DNA of 64,000 nucleotides from Setoptus koraiensis (Eukaryota; Animalia; Arthropoda): NCBI GenBank assembly GCA_048013815.1, contig CM106586.1, positions 17,050,001 to 17,114,000 of the forward strand, read 5' to 3'. Shown piece by piece: positions 55,541 to 64,000 of this stretch (position 1 is its first letter; each line of letters starts with the position of its first letter). The notes under the pieces were generated by a model. It saw only the letters and a program-made list of their open reading frames with translations, ran no database searches and was not told where the DNA came from. The position numbers and the translations under genes were made by a program.

Positions 55541-57010
55541 TCAAATCTTACATGGCAAGTCAACAATTACAGCTTTGGTCTCGTAGAACTGCTTGAGTCC
55601 TTCCATACCAAACTCTCTGTTGATACCGGATTGTTTGTATCCGCCGAAAGGAACTTGAACACCAGAATTTAGGAATTGATTCACGTACACCTGTCCAGCT
55701 TCTAAATATGATGAAACTTTGATGGCCGTGTTTAAATCATTTGTGAATAAGCCTGCGGCCAAGCCATAGGTAGTTGCATTGGCGCGTTTAACAACTTCTT
55801 CAATATCTTTGAATTTCAGAATCTGTTGGACAGGGCCAAAAATCTCTTCTTTAGCGATGCGCATATCATCAGTGACATTGGAAAATACAGTTGGTTGGAC
55901 AAAGAAGCCTTTATCGCCGACCCTCTGGCCTCCTATCTCTAGCTTCGCTCCTTCTTTTTTGCCTGACTCGATCAAATCAATAATTTTATCGAATTGCTCC
56001 TGGTCGATCTGGGGTCCGTGTGTCACAGACTCATCCAAAGGATCGCCGATTTTTGCTTGACCTGCCTGGATTATCGTCTTCTTTACAAATTCGTCGTAGA
56101 TGGACTCATGAACGAAAGTTCTTGTAGCAGCACAACAACATTGTCCTTGATTTACCACACACGCTTCATGCGCATATTTCACAGCTTTATCTAGATCTGC
56201 GTCGGCAAACACTATCAGCGGACTCTTACCACCTAACTCCAACGAAACTCGCTTGATATGATTTGCTGCCTCTCTTTGAATAATTTTTCCAACTTGGGTT
56301 GAACCGGTGAAGGAGATGTGTCTGACAAGAGGATGCTGAACTAATGGCTGACCGGTAGTGGGTCCGAATCCTGCGATTATATTGACGACACCAGGCGGGA
56401 AACCGGCCTCTTTGACCAATTGGCCAAGATACAATGTAGTTAGGGGTGTCTGCTCAGCCGGTTTCAGGACAACTGAATTGCCCATAGCGAGGGCTGGAGC
56501 TATTTTGATGACGGCCATCTCGATTGGGTAGTTCCATGGCGTTATTGCTGCACATACACCTACCGGCTCGCGCCTGGTATAAGCAAAAACCTTACCGTCG
56601 GAGGGTAGGACCTCACCGCTAACTTTATCGGCAGCACCGGCATAAAACTTCAAGGTATTAATGGAAAAATTTATGTCATCAACTGATGACTGATAGAGTT
56701 TACCGCAATTCAGGGTTTCCAGGCTAGCCAAATAATTTAGATCGCGTCTGAGCAAGTCGGCCAACTTCAGCAGAAGATCGCCCCTTTCACTCGCATCCAT
56801 GTCTCGCCAATCCGATCCAATCTGCATGGCACCCGAGGCTGCTTGGACGGCCTTATCAACATCTTCTATACCTGCCTCTTGGACCTTCGCAATAACATTT
56901 CCTGTTGAAGGATTTATCGTGTCGAATGTTTTTCCCACTGACGAATTGACCCATGCATTGTTGATGAACAATTGGGTAAATTTTACTGCAACATTTTTTA
57001 TTGAGCTCAT
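55541..57010 (-). CDS. ALDH: Aldehyde dehydrogenase (ALDH1/2 class), single exon
   Basis: ITPWNYP, KPAEQTP, FTGST, catalytic ELGGKSP and NQGQCCCA, EEIFGPV, PFGGYKQSG. The first ATG is 57010 (MSSIKNV); the track start is TTG. Confidence 0.96.
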   Translation of the reverse strand: MSSIKNVAVKFTQLFINNAWVNSSVGKTFDTINPSTGNVIAKVQEAGIEDVDKAVQAASGAMQIGSDWRDMDASERGDLLLKLADLLRRDLNYLASLETLNCGKLYQSSVDDINFSINTLKFYAGAADKVSGEVLPSDGKVFAYTRREPVGVCAAITPWNYPIEMAVIKIAPALAMGNSVVLKPAEQTPLTTLYLGQLVKEAGFPPGVVNIIAGFGPTTGQPLVQHPLVRHISFTGSTQVGKIIQREAANHIKRVSLELGGKSPLIVFADADLDKAVKYAHEACVVNQGQCCCAATRTFVHESIYDEFVKKTIIQAGQAKIGDPLDESVTHGPQIDQEQFDKIIDLIESGKKEGAKLEIGGQRVGDKGFFVQPTVFSNVTDDMRIAKEEIFGPVQQILKFKDIEEVVKRANATTYGLAAGLFTNDLNTAIKVSSYLEAGQVYVNQFLNSGVQVPFGGYKQSGINREFGMEGLKQFYETKAVIVDLPCKI

Positions 57011-57376
57011 TTTCCGGCCTTGAATTGATGACGAAAAATGGGTTGAGTATTTGAACAACTGATGTGAAACTTCAAAATGTCAAAATATCGGTGCCTAGCT
57101 CACGTCTGTGACTGATGACACCTATATATATCATGAACCACCACCATGTTCTAGATGTTTCGAATAATCACTCCATTGTTTACTAAGCGCAAATTTCAAA
57201 CCCTATTAGAATTCAAATTGTTATCATCGAAATTGACACAATCTCCGACGAGCTCTGCAAGATCTATTGCTTGTCGACCTGCCATCGCCAATAAATACAA
57301 TCCACATCAAAGTGCTATTGACTGTCTTAGAGGTTGCTTGTTTATTGTTTGTTTCTGCAGCAAACAACTGTGAATT

Positions 57377-57697
57377 TTATTTCCTAGTGCTCAGCATGTT
57401 TTTAGAGGTGTTCCTTAATAGTTCGCTTATGTTCGAAAACGTTTTTTCCGCCTCGGTCATCTTATCTAGAACAGTCAAGGTGTAGTTGAGATCGAATATG
57501 ACACCGGTCAATTTACCATTCACCCTCTCGAGCTCTATTTGTTCGTTTGCCAGTGCCGGAGCCGCTTTATATACGTGCTCTTGTATGCGGTAACTGGCGA
57601 GTGTTGGCTCGTGAGCTGACTTGTATAGAAATCTGTTGAAATACTGACATACTGACTTGGTCTTTTGGATAACCTCTTGATCTTCTCCTGGTGCCAT
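57377..57697 (-). CDS. BORCS8: BORC complex subunit 8 (MEF2BNB-like)
   Basis: 106 aa; AHEPTLASYRIQEHVYKAAP matches the remembered BORCS8 motif ANEPSVALYRLQEHVRRSLP. Confidence 0.75.
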   Translation of the reverse strand: MAPGEDQEVIQKTKSVCQYFNRFLYKSAHEPTLASYRIQEHVYKAAPALANEQIELERVNGKLTGVIFDLNYTLTVLDKMTEAEKTFSNISELLRNTSKNMLSTRK

Positions 57698-58084
57698 AAG
57701 CTTCTATTGCCAAATAAGAAATGTGGAAAAAGAATCAACAAAATCAAAGAAAAAGAATTATGTAACCGCCTGTGGATGAATCCGTTTACAACAGAATATT
57801 TTCCAATCAGCTGTTTTTGACTCACCACTGTGGAGCATGTCTCCAAAGCACAAAATGTGATTCATCTAACCGTTTTTTTTCTCACATCATGTTTACAACC
57901 TATGACAACATCCTTTTTGCATAATCATCTTACGCATAACTTAAGGAAAATCATTCATTTTATTATTAACATATAGGCATTGTCGTTGTAATCAGCCACA
58001 TCATCAATTTACCTTATCGAGCACCAGAATTGATTGCTTTATTAGCGATAACAGTAACCAACTACAACTATACAAATAATCATC

Positions 58085-58546
58085 ATGGCATTTTCCTGGA
58101 CCGCTGCCTCTTACATAGCCGCTCTTGTGGGTGATGCTTTCCTCATATTTCTACTGGTCTTCCATGTTATTTCATTTGATGAGCTTAAAACAGATTTTAA
58201 GAATCCAATTGAGCATTGTAAAACACTCAATCCGTTGGTGCTTCCCGAATATGCCCTTCAATTACTGATGACAGTATTTTTCCTATTTTGTGGCGAGTGG
58301 ATCACTGTACTTATCAATTTACCTTTATTGGCTTATCACATATATCGTCTCCATAAGTCACCAATACGAGCCAAGCTATTCAATTTCATCAAAATAGGGC
58401 TATATGATCCTACAAGCATCATGAACTCAGATCAAATGTCCAGAGCTATCAAAGAAGGATGGATCAAGCTAATCTTTTATCTTTTCTGTTTCTTTTATTA
58501 CATATATGGTCTAGTATCATCATTGATAAGTATCGAGTCTCCGTGA
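58085..58546 (+). CDS. cni: Cornichon ER cargo receptor, single exon
   Basis: FDELKTDFKNPIEHC..LNPLVLPEY...GLYDPTSIMN...KEGWIKLIFYL. Confidence 0.95.
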   Translation: MAFSWTAASYIAALVGDAFLIFLLVFHVISFDELKTDFKNPIEHCKTLNPLVLPEYALQLLMTVFFLFCGEWITVLINLPLLAYHIYRLHKSPIRAKLFNFIKIGLYDPTSIMNSDQMSRAIKEGWIKLIFYLFCFFYYIYGLVSSLISIESP

Positions 58547-59172
58547 GACGGCCTGAGAGAGTGTCGAAGAAACAAAATGAATGAATAAATAAATCTAATT
58601 GTACATACAAACATCACGCAATAATAATCAATACACGTCTCGTGCGTTTCGGATCCAACTACACCGTTTTATCATCACACTCTAATTTAAGATGGTGTGA
58701 AATGATGAAAATTTATTCACATTAACAGGAAACGTTTTTTGTCCGGCTTTATTTTCAATGATTAGTGCGTGTCATTTCGCTAAAGTTACAAATTATAGGT
58801 AATAGCTATTGAAAAGAGCCCCTGAGATTAGTTGATTCCCTAGATAGTGAATTGGTAAATTCAAGCTATTTAGCAGAGTATTTAACAGTATTCGTAAACT
58901 AACGATGGTACAGTTATAAACAAAATTTCTTTAAATTTGCTCCAGATACTCTTCATCTTTGTCGTTTGACCATCATTGAAGATATTGATAAAACTATAGA
59001 CATTGCGGTTGTTTGCATCAACGCTTATTATTACATTATCATGATATTAATGGTGCTCGTTATTGTTGCTGTGTCTCTATTTCCTTATGGATGCCGCCAT
59101 TGATTATTTGTTTGTTGGTTGCAGTGCTTTTGGATTGATGTTACTAATTGTGTATAGTTGTTGTTGTTGTTT

Positions 59173-60561
59173 TTAGTTGCTGTTGATTTTGTTATTGCTA
59201 ATGTTGTTGATGTTGTTGTTACTGCTGTTGTTATTATTAATATTATCGTTGTTATTATTTACACTTTTGTTGTTGTTGTTCAACTTTTTATCCCTTCTAT
59301 GTTGTTCGGCTAAACGTTTCCTGACATCACGAGGAAACTTGTCGTAGCACTTTTTACAGCACGGCTTCTGATCTACATCATAGAATTTAGATTTGTTTGC
59401 TATCAATTTAACGTCACAAAAGGCACAAGCAAAATGTTGTACACACCATGTCTTATTAAGTGCAGTGATAACGTCTCCTTTAATCATTTGTTGGCACACA
59501 AAACATGGACTTCCGAATAGTTGATAATAATGTTGTTCACAATAGGCCAGTCCCTTCTTTTCGAAGTGTCTCTTGCCCAAGAATGGTCGCTCGCATCTGG
59601 CACATACAAAATGATCAACGTGCCAGTGTTTACCGAGAGCGGTCACAATACGTTCCTCAATGGGTCTCCTGCAGGCGCCACAAATTGGTATGCCCATTTT
59701 GTCGTGACACTTGAGGCAGTATAAGTCTTCTTTCACTTGTCTGGCATCCGATCGCAGCTCGACACCGCAAGCCCGACAATTGAAATGGTAAGCATGATAT
59801 GGTTCTCCCTGTGTTAGCGACAACGCAAAAGTAAAAAAAGTTTACAAACGTTTGTTTCGATTTGTTTATTAGTGGATAGTTGATTAATCGATCGATTGAT
59901 TGTTTGGTGTTGCTCAATTGCGCCACTCACCTTGTATTTAAGCGGCGGGGCGTCGTCGATGAATCCCTTGCACTTTTGGCAGATGTAACGGCCTACGGCG
60001 GCGGCCTTCTCCAGAACGTTGCAGTCATGACACAAGGCTCGGCCTGCGATTAGTTGCGATGGTAGACGGTGTGAGGTAGATGGTTGGTTAGTTAGTCGGT
60101 TAGTTAGCTACTAGGGTTGAGTATTTTTGGATTGAGGCTAGGTGTTATTGGGATGCTATCGGGATGCTAGTGTGGCCCTGTTGGGCCCGAAGCTCACCGT
60201 TGTTCTTGATGAAGCCCTGGTCGGCGAGTGGGCGCTGGCAGAGCTGACAATTGAAACAGTTTGGATGCCAGCTGTTGTTGAGTGCCTTGATGACGCGCCC
60301 AATGATGAATTGGCCGCATTTTCCGCAACACGGGGCAAATAATACTTGAAAGTCGTGCTCGCAATATTTTCTATTGGCAAATTCATAAAAGATCTCACTT
60401 TTATCGAATGGTTTAAAACATTGTGCACAAACAAAGCACCTCTGATGCCACACCTCGGCGCCCGTGTTGACAATTTTCTCTCTTTCCTCGAATCCCTCGC
60501 CACAATGTGAACAGTACATGGCCTCAGAGGCCAGCTCTATTTGGTTTCTCATGAGCGACAT
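59173..60561 (-). CDS. LIMS1: PINCH/LIMS five-LIM adaptor; exons 60561-60198, 60043-59931, 59808-59173 (370 aa)
   Basis: Five LIM domains reconstructed across GT-AG introns (G|gtgagc...ctaatcgcag|GC; AAG|gtgagt...ctaacacag|GGA). The exon sum of 1113 nt is in frame, and the protein ends in a poly-Asn tail. Confidence 0.95.
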
Positions 60562-63500
60562 TGCTGTTTGGCTAATTTGGACAATTGCCGATAATTACAC
60601 TATTGACTGATTGCGCATTAATTAAACTGACTGATAATTGACTGGTAATTGCACACACACATACACACTAATATACACTGATGATAATGACTATTAATTG
60701 ATTGCTTAATTGATCGGCTGGTTGAAGTGGACGCTGGTTTCATTTGCCGGACACTATCAAACTATTATACTATTATGCTATTATACTATTACGCTATTGG
60801 CGATTATGCTGGCTATTGTTTTGCCGTTGATTTTTTGGCTGTTCGCCGATACCAACGATAGCAACAATTTGTTTTGCGCTGATTGATAGCACACACACAC
60901 GCACGCCGACACAGCGGATAAAAGGGCGCATAAAACAGCGGATAAGACAGTGGATAGAGGCAGTCGGATGAGCTGCTGCGATGTATCACAATACTAATAA
61001 TATGGCCGTTGTGAGTGATGCGCACAGCGATGAGGCCATTGATGCGATGAGACTAGGCCAACTAAGGCACAAAAACAGGCATTTGTGCACAAGCACACAC
61101 AATCTGCTAGCATCAATGGGAAAATACGCACGCAACTACGGCTCGAAACTGGGCGCCCAACGCACTAGGCCAAATAAGACGAGCGATAGTGGGCGAACAG
61201 TGCGAATAGTGCGAATAGTAGTGCCTTTTACCCGGCCCAGTCACTATTCTAGCAACATCGCAATGGCATCTGCTCGATCCATTACCATCGCTGCTACGCT
61301 GCCGCTGTGTGTTCGTGTAGCGAAATGGCTTCGATGCGCAAACGGCAGCGCACACTCGCAACTAATCACACCATTTCAACACCAGCTCGGCGGCCTAAAA
61401 CTTGACAACTAGGCAACACGCTAGGCGGGCTCTCCCTTGAGCCAGTTCGCTAGTGTTTATTTTGCGCGTGGGACGAACGCGACGCGACCATGATGCTGGC
61501 TGCCAGTTCAACTGTTGCGCTCATGGAAACTTGCAGTGTGTGTGTGTGTGTTCAAACTGCAAGTTTACTCGCAAACTACTCAAACTGCCATCTAGAGACG
61601 CGAACTCCCGATGTAGCAAGACACGGCACAAGCCAAGGCTACGCACAAGCCCAATAACAGCCGTTTTGGCATACCATAAATGGAGTTTCCCATCGCACAA
61701 CGCAAAACGCTCATACGATCGCTCGCTCGTCGCTTGACACCGCATTTATGGGCTCGCATTTAGCCTAGTTACACTCGCCGCTTGTGAGCTTGGCAAAACT
61801 CACAAGCTCTAGCCAATGCAAACGCCGACCATCGTACGCTGAGTGCCAGATAGTGCAGTTAATTGAGCCACATCTAGGTTAGGTACACTCGTTTTGCTAT
61901 CAGTCGTTCAGCTATTATTAGGCTCTTACGCTCACAGTGTTGGCGGGGGCCCGCCACACACAAATATCCGAGATATGATACACGGCATGTGCCAAACCCG
62001 TTACACAGCCGCACACTGGCTCAATGCACAGTATGCAAATTTGTCGCCATTTAGCCCCCTCCGAAATTGCGCTACTTGTTCCGACACGGAAGTGAACACA
62101 TATTGCATCGGCTAATACTCATGCTCATGCACTGGAGGCAATAGATTGGTCTTGAGCTTCAGCTTACTACACAATGCTTATTATTAGCTTGCTCGCTTAT
62201 TATTAGTATCATGATTAACAATCATATTTTCTATTTCTTGCCTTTCAAGCAATGCTAACTTTATTTACGCGCTAGTTTACATTTAGCAAAGTTTTAGTAG
62301 CAACAACAATCCCATGCTCACACGTTGAATTGCTTAAAACAAATCGCTTCACAGATTAAGCATTTGGATGCCAGCCAAGAGCATTCATTATCACTGACTA
62401 TAACGGAATGAACTCCGACAATCCACACTGTCCACCGGTAGTTGCGCTGTATCAATCAACCTTCAGCTAACAACAACAACTCGTTGTCCGGATTCTCCAG
62501 TCTTGCGTTGGGCCCAAACGCAACAATACTGTTCATTGTCTCTAATCGACTTACACCACTCGGTTCATAGGGACAAAAGATCTGAGCCCGAATTCCACAG
62601 GTCAAACGAAGCCTTGCTGGAACACTACAATTTGTTATGCACAACTTACGGCAATTCCATATACCTTCTCATGGGCTTGAGGATTGGATCAGATTTATAA
62701 AATACCATGGTATTCTTGCGACAGAAATCATCAGCTTGGAAAATTTATGGAGAACATAAGATAGCTTCGAAAATGCAGCAAGTTGACTGATCAGATATCA
62801 GAATAAAGATTCTGGCTGAATAGTGACAGAACTTTGTTGTGTCAGCATCACAAGTTTCTTCTATATAGCCTGAGAGCATGATTATCGGACGGTGTGATAT
62901 TTTTTGTAGATAGTTTACATGTTAGTTCTATAGATCTCATAATCACGCAACAATCAATGCAGAGACAAAAGTGAGGATACGTCCCAGAAATAAGAAATTG
63001 ACGTCACACACAAGCAATCGTTTGCGATCCAATAAGGATCAGCGGAGGATTGAATGACCAAGTAACATCGATTGAAAAAATACGCCCAGAAGGACGAGAA
63101 AATCCAAGATAAAAATCGACTCTGAGCTCTTCTTGCCAGATGATGTGATGCGGAATTCATTTGAGGAATCGCTCTATTTAATCGCCTGAAACTCAGTCTT
63201 TCAATTGACACAAGATCATCATGTCCAAGCGCCGGTCAGAGTCGAGAAGACCATCTCTTTTCGCCGTCAGTGAGATTAGGTTTACTTAGCAACTCCATAA
63301 CATCCTGTTAGATACAATTGAAGTTGGAGATTATTGTGAGAATAACCGATTATTTACATCTTAAGATATTACTACACAAAGAGATTGTAGGTTATCTGAG
63401 ATAACTTACAATACCCCTTCCTAAATAAATAGCATGTTGATTTTGTTATTAGACTATACTTTTGGATGAGTCAAGATGCACTGTGGTAGTTACTGGTGTT

Positions 63501-63788
63501 GTTGTGTAACGATGACAGCGTTAAATTAAAGCTGCAACATACGACGTGAGATATTCAGCATTAACAGCTGATAATGGCAGTGGCATTTCTTAGAGTACAG
63601 TGACATCCCTTGCATTGCGAAAATTTTTATACATTTGTGACACAAAGACGGCAACAACCTCTTGTACTCTTGCCTTCATTCCAAACATTACAAATCATCC
63701 AGAGCAAATGGCACCCTCACTATTTCTGGAAATTGTATAGATTATATAGCAACAATAGAAGGCACAGTATCTCACAAAGTAGTAGAGC

Positions 63789-63890
63789 ATGATCTGCAAG
63801 ATTCCATCTGAACATCAGCAATACAACATCGACTGTAGCGCGCCGGATAAAGTTATAGTAAGTGGCGAGTATTCTGTTGTTTACGGTAAG
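63789..63890 (+). CDS. MVK: Probable first exon of mevalonate kinase (GHMP family), partial
   Basis: MICKIPSEHQQYNIDCSAPDKVIVSGEYSVVYGK|gtgagt resembles GHMP motif I SAPGKVILxGEHxVVxGK and is followed by a canonical donor. The remainder lies outside the window. Confidence 0.6.
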
Positions 63891-64000
63891 GTGAGTTTAA
63901 CGACACCCAATAACTTGAGGAATTATTTTTCTTCTACTATTCGACAGTATATACCTCTAACCACTTGTTGCTTTTCTCCTTCCTCGCGGACACATATTTA

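Noticed and set aside
57011-57150. Upstream exon giving ALDH a mitochondrial transit peptide
   Set aside because: The candidate gtgagc donor and catcag acceptor do not join either upstream ATG in frame.
62400-63300. Possible decayed coding or TE sequence left of the MVK-like exon
   Set aside because: Only short open stretches with no recognisable motif; cannot be supported without a search.
1-64000. Horizontally acquired bacterial genes or phage/defence systems
   Set aside because: All recognisable proteins are animal orthologs. Lack of introns alone is not evidence of bacterial origin, and spliceosomal introns are present.

Overview
Eukaryotic, arthropod-type genomic DNA that is gene-dense and very intron-poor. 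The gene set and architecture suggest a mite with a streamlined genome, possibly eriophyoid (inference, not verified). Conserved genes, left to right: ABCC/MRP4-type transporter (1 intron), LOTUS+Tudor protein (TDRD5/Tejas-like), NAA10, MRPS15, intronless nompC (TRPN), an intronless 2658-aa ankyrin protein, Src42A-like kinase, Mot1/BTAF1, DNAJC12, ALDH, BORCS8, cornichon, PINCH (2 introns) and a probable first exon of mevalonate kinase at the right edge. Two lineage-specific tandem arrays stand out. (i) 1-6.8 kb: highly divergent 7-TM gustatory-receptor-like genes (two complete, one running off the window edge, one pseudogene) with an altered TM7 motif, a MITE-like element and an embedded propeptide-like ORF. 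(ii) 28.8-32.1 kb: three orphan secreted proteins sharing a signal peptide and upstream region but with shuffled, disordered, NLS-like mature regions, which are candidate salivary or host-targeted effectors. No rRNA, tRNA, CRISPR array or intact transposase was recognised. All identifications come from motif recall and manual reading; no database searches were run.
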